64,000 nucleotides of DNA from NCBI GenBank assembly GCA_976551045.1, contig CDPCPM010000132.1:2418001-2482000 (forward strand), read 5' to 3'. This stretch comes from Glaucostegus cemiculus. Lineage: Eukaryota. Below are positions 26,896 through 38,600 of the stretch, one piece after another. Position numbers and translations under genes: made by a program. Position 1 is the stretch's first letter. Each line of letters opens with the position of its first letter. The notes beneath the pieces are model-generated. The model was not told where the DNA came from, ran no database searches, and was given only the letters and a program-made list of their open reading frames with translations.

Positions 26896-27200
26896 AGTAG
26901 TTGAAACTGAATTGTACCAATAAGTTCTCCATTATAACACAGCTTCAAGAAGCAAATCAATGCATTGTAATCGGCTATGATTCTCTGTTTCCTTCAGTTT
27001 TCATCCGCCCTATTCGGTGCAGTCTCAGCGCATGGCATATTGAAACAGGAATTTCGCTGAATGAGCACAAGGAATGCGGGTAGATTTCATTCCCAAAAGA
27101 ACTGAAATTAATTTCAAAACATATTGAGTAATATCCATGAGCGTAAATAAATATTTCGTTACCCCTTCACGAGTAGCTGTATATTAAAAACAGTCTTGGA

Positions 27201-27274
27201 TGTTTGTGCTATGGCTTGAGCTCCTGTGGCACACACCACGTTGTTGAATCTTGAATCTCCATCGTGCATAACCC
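27201..27274 (-). other. Candidate IgNAR D3 segment (core GTGTGTGC, 27229-27236) with 5' 22-RSS and 3' 12-RSS
   Basis: 3' RSS on minus: CACAGGA (27228-27222) + 12 + GCACAAACA (27209-27201). 5' RSS on plus: CACGTTG (27237-27243) + 22 + GCATAACCC (27266-27274). Confidence 0.6.
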
Positions 27275-27598
27275 TCTTTCGAAGTTCTTAATGCAAAATT
27301 AACAGAAACAGTTCCTTCAGCGATTTAAACTCCTTACTGCCAAATGTTCCTTACCTCTGCCAGCAACAGGAATCCATAATAGGGCTTTATCTCTATATAG
27401 TTGAGCAAATATTGTAGAGATGTTATAATCATATCAATAACACAGTCTTTATATTTTCCGTGATACTTGTGTGGCTGAGAGTTATAATAATCCACGAAGT
27501 CCCAAAAGGTCAATGCAACAATTTGATCCACATCAACTACATCGTTTATGTATCATTTTAGAATATCTGATGGATTTCTGCGCTCTTTGCAACAGTGG

Positions 27599-27671
27599 AG
27601 TTATTGTGCTCATCAGAAATGATGTGATATGTGATATGTAACACACCATCATAAAGGCTAGTACGAAAAGG
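27599..27671 (-). other. Candidate IgNAR D2 segment (core ~27627-27643) flanked by two degenerate 12-RSSs
   Basis: 3' RSS on minus: CACATCA (27626-27620) + 12 + ACAATAACT (27607-27599). 5' RSS on plus: CACCATC (27644-27650) + 12 + ACGAAAAGG (27663-27671). Heptamers are weak and the 5' boundary is uncertain. Confidence 0.5.
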
Positions 27672-27851
27672 CTCCTTGTACATTAATATAAGATCCCGAT
27701 GTCGAGGGGCAAACTATCATCCATCTTTGTCTCCCAATACCTCTGGACAAATTTTCTTCTACAACCAACAACCTTTCGAAAATAATGTCTGCATTTTTCC
27801 ATTCAGCAATGGGTGAATATTGGCCTTGCTCCAATTACCAAATGCGTTCGT

Positions 27852-27926
27852 GGTTAGTGAATCACAGTTTCCGTCTTTTCGATTACTGTGACACGTATCA
27901 CAGTGGTAGAAGCCACTGCAGAAAGG
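27852..27926 (-). other. IgNAR D1 segment (core ATACGTGT, 27891-27898) with 5' 12-RSS and 3' 23-RSS
   Basis: 5' RSS on plus: perfect CACAGTG (27899-27905) + 12 + GCAGAAAGG. 3' RSS on minus: CACAGTA (27890-27884) + 23 + TCACTAACC (27860-27852). Confidence 0.82.
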
Positions 27927-28112
27927 TTTCTATCTGCATAACTCTGGGGAGAACAGCGACTAACTGTGCCACCTTGTTTATATGTGGTCTGTTGACTGTT
28001 ACCAGCTCATTACAAATCTGCCCTCGTCCTTCAATGGAATCGGGTACTGCTCAATAATTATCCGTTCATAAGAACGACACAATTACAGTTTCTTCCGCGA
28101 GAGATTTTCAGG

Positions 28113-28150
28113 TGTTTTTGTATTGGCGAGTATTCAGATACATTACTGTG
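28113..28150 (-). promoter_or_regulatory. V 3' recombination signal sequence, 22-nt spacer
   Basis: CACAGTA (28150-28144) + 22 nt + ACAAAAACA (28121-28113). Confidence 0.9.
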
Positions 28151-28421
28151 GTCCGAGCTTTGCAATAATACGTGGCAGTGTCTTCAACAATCAGCTTGCT
28201 GATCTGCAGGGAAAAAGACTTTGCTCCCTTGTTGACTGATTCGGCATATCGTCCTCCAATTGATAGACGTTTCCAATCCGTTTGACCTGGAGGGTGGCGG
28301 AACCATTGTGTGTCATATAGACCATTGGAAGTATCATGTAAAACGCAGTTGATTGTCAGAGTTTCACCTGCTTCTTTTGTTACCTCTCTTGGTGTCTGTT
28401 GTACCCATACACTGAAGGCAG
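28151..28421 (-). CDS. IgNAR: IgNAR variable (VNAR) exon, type IV-like (two canonical Cys only); missed by the ORF track
   Basis: Acceptor tttctcccttcag|CT at 28421. Open frame (T)[89 protein letters not shown], with the VNAR-specific deletion of CDR2 and the SIGGRY.ESV motif. Confidence 0.97.
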
Positions 28422-28557
28422 CTGAAGGGAGAAAAATACATATTTAAGACACAGCATATCTGAAGGAATGCTAGATTTAACAGACAATGAAATTTGTATA
28501 AAATGGACACATCCGCGCAACAGGAATCATTAACGTCTTTAAACAAAATGCGCTTAC

Positions 28558-28600
28558 TCGGTAACCAAGCTAAAGATATCGAAACCCAGAAAACATTCAT
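28558..28600 (-). CDS. IgNAR: IgNAR leader (signal peptide) exon
   Basis: ATG at 28600; MNVFWVSISLAWLP then A|gtaagc donor; phase 1 matches the V exon; resembles the known IgNAR leader MNIFLLSVLLAWLP (recalled). Confidence 0.93.
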
Positions 28601-28692
28601 TGTTCCTTCACGACCTAACTATCCGTTAAAAAGAGAGGGTTCTGGACCTCAGCGCCGATTGCCTCTGTAACCAAGTGGATCTCAGCAAAGAC

Positions 28693-28726
28693 TTTATAAG
28701 ACTCGAGAGGCTAGGTTCATTTGCAT
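28693..28726 (-). promoter_or_regulatory. IgNAR V promoter: octamer ATGCAAAT (28726-28719) and TATAAA box (28698-28693)
   Basis: Perfect IgH-orientation octamer ~120 nt upstream of the ATG with a TATA box 20 nt downstream of it. Confidence 0.85.
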
Positions 28727-29499
28727 AATGCGGAATGAAAAAACATCGACTGCGATTACAGCTCAGCTAATGGTAAGCATTATATCCGGAATGTCCATAA
28801 TTACATCGTTGGACTTTGCGGTGCATTAACGTGAACATGTGGATGGAGATATCGAGAATGATCTTCATTGCCTGGTTCCATCCGCACTGAATGTATTTCC
28901 ATTAACTTCTGATTTTATAGTCTCGGGATGTTTCCCGAGAATATATCAAAGGTTTCCATGACAAACCATCAACTTGAGAGAGCAATACTACAAAACCACT
29001 TCAGTTAATCACCAGTAATTAAAAAAATATATTCCCATTTATGTAAAGAGACTGAGCGCCTCCGTCCCCCGTTCGTTCTTCTGGTATTCACCATCGGTGG
29101 CCAGCATGAATGTAAGGTCAGCCGTAGGAACGAAATGTGACACCAAGTTCAACTTTCACTGTGGTATTTTTGAAATTAGTGTCTTAGTTTGCTATGTACT
29201 TCGATACTAAATAAAAAAAAAACATACAAGAAGCTGGTGAACTGAGCCAGTCAGACATCATTCCGCAGATTACTGCAGAAAAATGTTGCAAGGATTAATA
29301 TGTGCCTAATTAAGAACAATAATATGGATCATTGGAGATCAGAAGATGTGGAAAAGGGAATAGGCCACAGTCAGATTTCTGGAAGAAGGTTCAATCGGTA
29401 TGTGCAATGTGAAGGCGTTTGTCTAAATTTGAACAACATGATAAAATAAGAAGCACAGTCCATTATAAGGTCAAAGGTAGATGCAGATAGGCAACATAT

Positions 29500-30265
29500 G
29501 TGCAAAATAACCAACCTTCGAGAGCAGGTTAGGCATATTTCATAAAAATATATAATTTGAATGGAATATATAATTTAAAGGGAAGCTGATAAGTGAATTT
29601 ATTCAAGAAGAAAAAGAAACCTTATCTGAGGCTTGAACAAGGCCCCTTAAGAATATAGTAGTGTGCAAAAAGTAATGAAGAAGACAAATAGAAATTTGAT
29701 CTTCATCATGAGGTGCAACAGAAAACAAAATGTTTTCAAAAGTTTAATAACATCAGAAGTGTAAGATCACGCAAAGAATGCAGATGACTCCCCCCTTTTC
29801 AGGGAGGATTCTCTTAGCTTGGAGGGAGGGCTGAGGAGGATAGCTAAGTGAATTCCTGGCATGAGCCGCTTGTCTTTTGAGGAAGGACGGAGAATATTGT
29901 CTCTTCGAAGAGCTCGAGATAATATTATTGAAACATTTAAGATCCTGAATGGCCTCGACGGGGTACCTGTTGTGAGGATCTGTTTCAATCTCTTTGACAG
30001 TGCAGGTGGGAATCTAGAACTTAGGGGACTTGGTAAGATAAATGATTACTCATTTGAAACTGATGGGAAGAGTGCTGGGAACGTTTGATAGGCTCTACAT
30101 CACAGAGCCGTGAATGCTGAGTTGCACATGCACAACTAACTAAAGTGTATTGATTTTTGAATTGAAGATTATGGAGATAAAGCAGGACAGTGAAATTAAA
30201 TGCAACGCTGTAATCATTAATCATATAAAATGGAGCAGGTTCGATGGACAATATTCCTCCGCTCT
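29500..30265 (+). mobile_element. CR1 LINE 3' fragment, decayed
   Basis: ORF 29861..30088 reads SLRRARDNIIETFKILNGLD, the CR1 ORF2 C-terminal motif. Confidence 0.6.
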
Positions 30266-30315
30266 AAGTACTATACTCTCACGTTCTGACATATTTTGTA
30301 TGTGAACATATACAA

Positions 30316-30565
30316 GGACGGCACTACAGCGCCGCGGTTAGCGTAGCAGCGGCAGCGATTGGGGTTCAATTCCCGGTGTCGTCGGTAAGGAGTTTGTACG
30401 TTCTCCCCGTAACCGCGTGGGTTACGGTTAGGGTTAGGGTGCTCTGGTGTACTGCCACGTTCCAAAGACGGACAGGTTAGCAGGGAAGCGTGGGTGTAAT
30501 TGGGCGGAGCGGCTTCGTTGAGCCGGAGGGGCCTGTTACCCTGTTGTATTAACAATGTTTTAATT
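30316..30565 (+). mobile_element. tRNA-derived V-SINE/HE1-like SINE
   Basis: B-box ggttcaattccc; V-domain core aaggagtttgtacgttctccccg; CR1-like 3' tail gggcctgttaccctgttgta. Confidence 0.8.
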
Positions 30566-33500
30566 GTTTTTATCACAGCTCTCCGTACCGGGATCCCCAG
30601 AATATAATAGAACTTATTTTAAACGATTCCTGCTCATTTGTACACCACAATACGTCAATTCACACATTGTACAAGGTGTATCATTCGATGCACAATCCAC
30701 AGTCCACCAATGAAGCTCTTTTGTTGTATCCTCATTCTTGACTACATTCGAGAGCTTAATTTCATGTGAGAGGGAGTCGGGAGGCGATTGAATAGCCCTC
30801 AGAACCAGAATCAGTGACAGTGTTATGTGATTACACCATGCTCATTTAGTGACACAATTTCAGGCGTCCAAGTCTACCAGCATGCACCATGAGATTTGCT
30901 ATTATCTCTTGAAAGTTGCAGGCAACCTTCAGGAGCAGAAACAGTTATTGCAGACACAGCCATTATTTCCCAACCGTTCGGGTTCAGGGAAATGGGCTCA
31001 AGCTGCATATTACTTTCAACGCTTTCTCCACGTCAGAACAATAAACAAGGAACGGAAAGATATGTAAGCTATTGGAAATCGCTATTCATAAACAACTCAT
31101 TCTAATTGGAACATATTAATTTGACGGCTTTTAAGTTATTTTGGTCATGTTTATTCAAGATAACAGCTTAATTCCTCAGTTCTGGTACCATGATATTACT
31201 GTGTAGATGTAACGAGGTCGCTGCTGACAATCAGCACGTGGATCATTGAAAAGCCATTTTTACCTTTTCGGCTCCACTGGTTAAGTTTCAACGGAGGAAC
31301 GGTCCAGCAAAGGAATGTGAAGTGCGGATCTTACAAGGACTTGTCCGCTACGCGCCTGACTTCAGTTCCAGTCTGTCATTGACCATCTGTGCGCATTGGA
31401 GACCGCAAAATCCGAGGTCGGGTTTACCCCATGCTGCATTTAGAAGGAGGCTTCTATTTACTTTCAGGAAGTAAAACTACGGGATGAGTCACCGAATACA
31501 ATTATACTACAGATTAACAGATGGACTGTGTGGGCGGACGGGGCAGGTGTGATGAACGGTCTTCTCGGTAGAGATGCCAACAACTGCACTGTGTTGAAAG
31601 AACGAAACGGTAAGAACGTTCATTGAGCAGGCACATGGTAATTTTGGACCAACCTGAACATCTAATTCAATGGGGTCTTCAACCTCTGCCTTGTCAATAA
31701 ATTTACCTTGTCCGGTAGACACAGATGCCCTTTAAAGATGCTTTGATAACGGATCAACGAAATAACGACCCCACCTGCTGCCGATACAATCCCATTCACT
31801 GATCACAGTTCACATCACCACCCACCCACATGAAACATGAACCAAAACCACATTCCCAAAGTTACACATATGCTACAACGCCACTGAACACACATCTCAA
31901 ACTGCTGCTCCTAAAAGTATAGGAATTAATAATGGAAAACCAGAAGATGGCAGATGAATTAATTGGGTATGTTGTGTCGGTTTTCGTCAGAAAGAGGCGA
32001 AAATTGGGAGGGAGGGAAGGATTCGGGAAGAAAATTGCAATCACCGGATTAGTGGTACTGAGCAATCTGTTGAAGAACTGTATCCGGGTTTGATGCATCC
32101 ATCGAAGGTTCTCAAAAGTACCAGTTGTTGAGACAGTTGCTGCCTTGCTCTTGATATTCTAAAATTCTCTGGATTATGAGAAGGTGCATAAGACTAGAAA
32201 ACAGAAAATCTGACAGTATATCGAGCCTTCTGTCCTGCAAAAGCAACTGACTACTCCAGTTTAACGGAGTTTCTGGCCAGTGAAAAACTTTGGAATTTGA
32301 TTGTGGTGAACACAGGAATTACAGTGCCATTAAATGCCAGTGTTCGGCGTTTGCAGCCCCTCTTCTTCGATATAACGATTGTTTGGCAGTTTCTGGCGCG
32401 CACGTTACTTGGCATTTCTGGGTCTGTACTTCAGCGTCCTCGAAATCTAAGTGCAGGTTGCTGTGGACTGTTTCATTTACTCAGGATTTACGAATGGGAT
32501 CACAGAATGTGCCATCATCAGCTTTATTGCAATGCAGATACAACGAACATTAGCCCATCCTGAGCTCGTGAATTTCTCCATATAAAAGCGAGACTATCTT
32601 TTTCGTTTAATCACAGCGTAGATGTTTACGGCTTGATTTTCCAGAACCCTCTGTTGCTACAACACCATCATTCTAATTCTGAAAACTGAGATCCATTCTC
32701 TATTTCATAGCACAATTGGTTCACTTATTTTCTAAGAAGCTGACAGCACAGCATCGATAATTTCGATTAACCTCCGTACACTTGCACCGGTTTTGACAGA
32801 GGTGGTATTTCCACAGACATTAGGTTAGACATAGAAGGAGACAGTCCAACTGCGGAAAAAAACGATTAGTTTAGGCAGATAAATAGATCGACGATCGGCG
32901 TTCGGGCCTGTTTGTATCGTGTAAGATCACATGGCTCTCTGAAATGGTACCATTTTAAAGGTGCTCTGAGTACGTCATGACTGAGGGTACACATATTCAA
33001 TACAAATATTCAATGTTCAACAACATTAACAACGGTTGAGTATGAAAATTGATCTGAGCCACGATAAATGAATAGAATGTCAATTTCCAATTGTCACCAT
33101 CTCTTTACATCGATGATTCGGAAAATACTATTTTCCTTAAATTCATTAATATTATTGCTGCATGTAGATATAAGGTCTGTATTCGTTTTCCCGTTTATTC
33201 CTTCATCTGATGTTCTTTGTACGTTGTTCCCTGTGATCCGCCCAGTTCTCCAGATTGCCATTTCCCTATTTTACTGCGTAAAATACACCTAGTTCTGGAA
33301 CAGATGAGATTGAACCAAAGCGCAGAGAACTTTGCAATTCTGGATACCTGAAACACAGATTTGTAGAGAGATAATTATGATTAAGGTTTCACCTGTACTG
33401 TCATAGAGCCAGATTCCTGGGCGAGTGGAATTTTGGTTCTTCTGAATCTGCGCCAACTGGGCCATATACTTTAAAAACATCTAGATCTCCAATTCTTATT

Positions 33501-33761
33501 TCCTCTTAACAGTTTAGCTGGATTTAACATGTTCAGTATATTTCTTATAGCTCAGAAATCAGTCTTGGATAGACTTAATAAATTAATTCATGACTTGCCT
33601 TTCTCCTTCGCTCAGTGAGATGTTACCTGGGCATTGGAAAGACAGCGACATCTCCATCTCTGTGTGCCCTGGGGTAAGATTCAAAATGCAGAGTTCATAT
33701 TCGAAAACAACAGGATTTTTTTTAAATCTCATTATTTGCTCTTCAGTTTTTGCAGAAATAC

Positions 33762-34055
33762 AGACACGGTAGTGTAGCGGTGAGCTTATCGGTATTTCAG
33801 CGACCCGGGTTCAATTCCCGCCGCTGTCTGTGAGGAGTTTGTACGTTCTCCCTGTGTCTGCGTGAGTGTCCTCCGGGTGCACCAGTTTCCTCCCACGTTC
33901 CAAAAGATGTACAAGTTAGGAAATTGTGGGTATGTTATGTTGGCGCTTTAAGCATCGCAAAACTTGTGAAATGCCCCAGAGCACTCTACGCAAGAGGTGC
34001 ATTTCACTGTGTGTTTCGATTGCCATGTGACTAATACAGACATCTTATTTAATAT
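33762..34055 (+). mobile_element. tRNA-derived V-SINE/HE1-like SINE
   Basis: gacacggtagtgtagcggt (A-box), gggttcaattccc (B-box), then gaggagtttgtacgttctccctgtgtctgcgtg..tttcctcccac core. Confidence 0.8.
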
Positions 34056-35096
34056 TATATGCGAAGTCGGAATCGATAATAGTTGTGGTCATAGCGGATG
34101 GGCATAAGATTAAATGAACGGTTTCAGGTACATTGAAGGAACATTGTCCATTTGATCAGCCTTTCACTATTCCACGCAGTAGAAGTGAAGCCTTCCCGGG
34201 TCATGAAAACGTTACAGGTGGCCATTACGTCATCAGAATTTTTACGATTGCCCCACAATTATTTCAATCAGTGTGGAATTGAAACTCATCCAACAGATCT
34301 GTAAATTGCATCCTCGAGTCCAGTATTCGTTATTTTTATCGAGGTTTCTAAAATCATGTGGTTCATAGATAAGGTGGTAGACTCAGTTTTTTATTCCAGG
34401 GGTACGGGAGACCATAACTAGAGTACGTAGGTTTAAAGTGAAAGGAAAAATATTCAAAGGGAAGTAGGGAGCAACGTTTTCACATAGAGGCTTATGTGTA
34501 TATGGTAGCAGTTGCTGGAAGAAACGGTAGAGGTTGTTCTAATTACAAAATTGAAAATGCTTTTGGCCAGTCACATAGACAGGTAAGGCTTAGAGGGATA
34601 TGAGCCAAATGCGGGCAATTGGGGGTTTCTCCATGAGGCAGCTTGCTCGGCATGGGTAAAGAGCCTGATTCCGAGCTGTATAGCTCTATGCCTCCATGAT
34701 TCAGACAATACTGTGATAATTTTACAAGGCTCAGTTGTAATTTATCGAAAGTGACCCGGATAAAAGGTCAAAACGCAGGGAGGAATTCAAGGAGTAAATA
34801 TAGGAATCAATCAAATGGGGAAAGCATTTCCGTCATCAGAATTAGAGTGATGAAGTTCTAGCCACACAGGGTTCAAAAAAAGGAGATTTCTGGGAATTTG
34901 ACGAAGACATTTCTATACTCTTGAGCGACAGGGTAAGTCTCAGAGAGCTGCAGTGTATCTGACGTCGTTTCTTTGTTTCAGAAGGGAAGGTCTTAGTCGA
35001 AGAAGTAGATGGGTTGTTTCGGAATTTTGCAGACGGCACAAAATTGATGAAGTTGTGGACAATAAAGAAGACAGTCAAACGATACAGCAGAATATT

Positions 35097-36686
35097 TTCA
35101 CCTTTTCCAATCAATTTTAAAATTAATTTTCAAGTTAATAGACATAACAATAGTAATTATAGAAATGATACGAAGAGATCAGGATGCAATAATAACAGGT
35201 AACGTATACGAACACAATGAGTAAAATATGTAATCTGAACCTCACAATCTCTTGATAATTGGGAATGAAAAAGAGTTAAAAGGAGATTTGATTTTATCAA
35301 AAAAAACAAAGTAAATAAAAGAACAATAACAAAACAAGTAACATTAATAAACAAAAACTAACCAGAAATTAAACAAAATCTGGGCTGTCGTATTTCATCG
35401 GTAAAAAAAACCACATTGTTATGTCAGTAATTCCGCTCCTCTAAATTTGAATAGAAAGTTATTGCGAAGCATTCGGATAAGGTCAACTTACATCATATGA
35501 AAATGCTTAATAAATGGTCTTCAAGCTTCTTCAAATTTAACCGAAGGCTCAAGAGTACCATTTCTATTTTTTCTAAGTTTAAACATGTTATCGTTTGGGA
35601 AAAACATTGCAATGTAGTCGTGGGTTAAAGATCTTTTCATTTTAGTAGAATGGATCTCCTGGCTATTTATGTAACAAATGCAAACATAGGTCCAGCTAAG
35701 GCAGATAAATGGCCAGAATCTATCATTGGTAAACCAAATATTGCAGTAAAAGAATGAGATTGTAAATCAATGCTTATAACCCCTGAAATAATATCAAAAA
35801 TATCTTTCCAATATTTTTCCAATAAAGGGCAGGACCAGAACTTATGTGTCAGGGAAGCCACCTCAGATTTACATCTATCACAGATAAGATTTATATGGTT
35901 ATAAAAACGCGATAACGTATCCTTCGACAAATGGATCCCATGAACCACCTCAAACTGTATCAAACTGTGTCTAGCACACTTTGAAGAAGTATTAACTAAT
36001 TGGAGGATTTTCTTCCATGTCTCTTTCGGTAAAAGTATCTGAAGTTCTCTTTCCCATTCAATGTTAATTTTAGCAGATACCCCTAGTGTCACAATGTTGA
36101 TTGAAGAGCAAGCTCAAAGAGAACCCAAATGCTGCACACTGGTACATGACTGGAGTCAGGATACTTCCTCAGGACCGGACAGAGACAACACTGGAAGGAA
36201 ATATTGCCTCAAAGATCTGAGTAGTAATCTCAACACGAACTGAATCTTCAAGCAGGACTAGAGAACACAGAACTGCTCTGGAGCAGAGCTCTCTGAGCAG
36301 CTAGGAACCAAACTGAATCTTCAAGGTTGATCAATCCTCTGGCAACTAGTGCTAGAGAAACCCAGGTACTTATGCTAAGCCCCGATAGGGCTCAGGTGTG
36401 TGTCATTATGCAATCAGTCCAGCATGGAATCCATGTGCTGTACAATGAGGCATCTAAGGAATCAAATCAAGGACCAGTTCTCAGAATTATGACACCTAGA
36501 CGTATTTTCCGAACCAGATCATAAATTATTGCTATCAAGCCCTTCTGATAAGGGTTAAAACATAAATATTTTTTCTGTAATTTCAATTTAATGCGGTATC
36601 GGAAAAGTAGATAGGGAAACATTTTAAAAGTTTCTAATCTCTAAGTATCTAAAAATGTGACCTATGCAAAGTGTATTTATTATATG
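35097..36686 (-). mobile_element. 5'-truncated L1/Tx1-clade LINE (ORF2 C-terminus and 3' UTR) with a 16-bp target-site duplication
   Basis: ORF 35667..36092 has HSLIQFEVVH..CDRCKSEVASLTHKFWSCP (C-terminal zinc knuckle); flanked by gatacagcagaatatt (35081-35096) and gatatagcagaatatt (36687-36702). Confidence 0.85.
36087..36494. mobile_element. Solo LTR (408 bp, probably Gypsy/BEL-type) inserted in the L1, with a 5-bp TSD
   Basis: Termini TGTCACAAT...ATTATGACA (8/9 inverted repeat); direct repeat CCTAG at 36082-36086 and 36495-36499; L1 ORF2 resumes after it. Confidence 0.85.
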
Positions 36687-38600
36687 GATATAGCAGAATA
36701 TTGATTAGTTAATGTTACGAAGAAATGTAAAATGGAACTTAATCCAGACAAGTGTGAGGTGTTACACATTGGAAGGCCAAATGTAAGGGGAAAGTATACA
36801 GTTAATGGCAAGACCCTCAACAGCACTGACGTAAGAGGGATCCGAGGGTCCAATCCTCGCGTAATCTAATGTCTCAAGGAGGCCGAGTGTTAAAGAAGGC
36901 GTATGGCATGCTCGACGGAGGCACAGAGTATAAGAGTCAAGGATATCTTGATACTGTTGAATACTACTTTGGATATGCCGCACCAGGAGTTCTGGTCACC
37001 CCTTTGAAGTAAGGGTGTGGAGACTGTGGCGAGGGTGCAGAAGAGATTTACCAGAATGCTGAATTAGAGGGTATGAGCCAAAAGAAAGGTTTGGACAAAC
37101 TTGCATTCTTCTGCCTAGAGTCTGGAGGCTGAGCGGAGACCTAATAGTGTTTTTGTTTTTGAAGATTATCAGAGGCATAGGTTGCGTAGACCGGCACAAT
37201 CTTTTCCCCAGGGTACAACGGCCAAACGCCAGAGGACATGCTTTTAAGGTTAGAGGGGGGATGCTTAAAGACGATGTGAGGTTTGTTTTTCACAGAGAGC
37301 GGTGGTTTCTGGAATGGTAGTGGAAGTAGGCTGTTTGGTGGAGTTCAAGATGGTTTTGATGGACACATGAATATGAAGGTATATCGATGATACACGGGAA
37401 GCGGACGTGTAGCATAAATTGAAATCATGATCGGAAAAACATCATGGGCCGAAGGCCTATCCAGTGCTGCATTGCTCTGTGTCCTGTCCATGAAATAAGT
37501 TAGCGGAGGCTTCTGAAATTATTCAGAAGGAGTTCATTAAAATGTTGCCTGAAGTATAGGGTACTTGCATTGTTTTAAGGTGAGAAGGGGAATGTTTAAA
37601 GGCGATGTGCAGTGCAAGTGATTTACTGGAACATGCTGCCTGTGGTGAAAGTGAAAGCAGATACGATAGTGGCAGTCAAGAGGATTTGAGAGTGGCACAT
37701 GAACGTAAAGGGAACAGGGAAATATGGATGAAATGCGGGCAGAGGATTAGTTTAATTTGGCATCATGCTCGGAGGGCCTGTTACTGTGCTGTACAGTTAT
37801 ATGTTTTTGTAGGAAAGGGACATGACATAAACAAATCTGGTAAAATTAAGGACATATCTTTGATGATTTCTGCATACGTGAATGGAAATATATTAATAAA
37901 GGAGAGTATAAATACTTGCGGATTCCAAAACAGTAGCCAAAGTGCAGTGGCAGTGTACAATTGCAAATGTCTACATGTGTACCTTGCAATTGTCTTCAGA
38001 TACGAAGACAACCGAATGTTCCATTCGATATTAAGAACAATTACAACCAGTGAAAGTATTTAAATGGCCCGGCTCGAGTAAAGTTTACCCCGGTGTCTTA
38101 AAGGGAGATAAAAAAGCAGAGAATAGTATTATAAGATTTGAACACTCCATGTGTGCCGGAGAACTGGATTCTTGCTGACCCTATACATTTGAATAAACAG
38201 AGAGAGACAAGCATCGATCAGATATCCGTCGATAACTTAGCCTGACACTGATTCTGGGCAAACTGTTGGTAAATACTTCTGTCCAATAGCAAACTGATCA
38301 TGAAAATTGGCGCTAGGATAAATAATGCAGAAATCTGAGTTCAGAACCGGGCTAAGTGACAAAAAAGGTAATTGCGATAGTGGAGGGGAAATTTGTAAGT
38401 AGAGGGTGAATAGAAATGGATTTCACAGAGCTCAGCGCTAGATGTCTTGCATTTTACGATGAAGATAAATAATTTAGACAAAAAAGTGAGAAATAAGAAG
38501 TGTGAAATACACACTAGAAGTAGTTCGATGATCGGGAAAAGAGATTTTAGTCTACAAGATGATAGGCGATCATAGAGGTCAGGAATGAATTCTTTTCAGA

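Larger units (their letters stand above)
34800..37490 (+). mobile_element. CR1 LINE RT-3' fragment, interrupted by the L1 at 35097-36686
   Basis: FADGTK (from FADDTK) at ~35030; resumes after 36687 with MELNPDKCEVLHIGR and ends in gggccgaaggcctatccagtgctgcattgctct. Confidence 0.7.

Noticed and set aside
27573-27608. Alternative RSS on minus (CACAATA...GCAGAAATC) suggesting a fourth D
   Set aside because: The spacer is 20-21 nt, it overlaps the better D2 12-RSS nonamer, and it has no partner RSS
12467-28421. IgW, IgM or NAR-TCR as the identity of the locus
   Set aside because: The CDR2-less V, YDGxG J, five C domains matching IgNAR C1-C5 and the absence of a supporting TCR-delta V all indicate IgNAR
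28364-28600. 78-aa ORF as a standalone gene
   Set aside because: Only the first 14 codons are the IgNAR leader; the rest is intron read-through and an out-of-frame part of V
30316-34055. tRNA genes at the A-box/B-box sequences
   Set aside because: They are SINE heads followed by a V-domain core and a LINE-like tail, not complete cloverleafs
4553-36686. L1 5' part (4.5-6.4 kb) and L1 3' part (35.1-36.7 kb) as one element bracketing or mobilising the IgNAR cluster
   Set aside because: Both are on the minus strand but in the wrong order for a split element, and the 35-kb copy has its own TSD, so they are independent insertions
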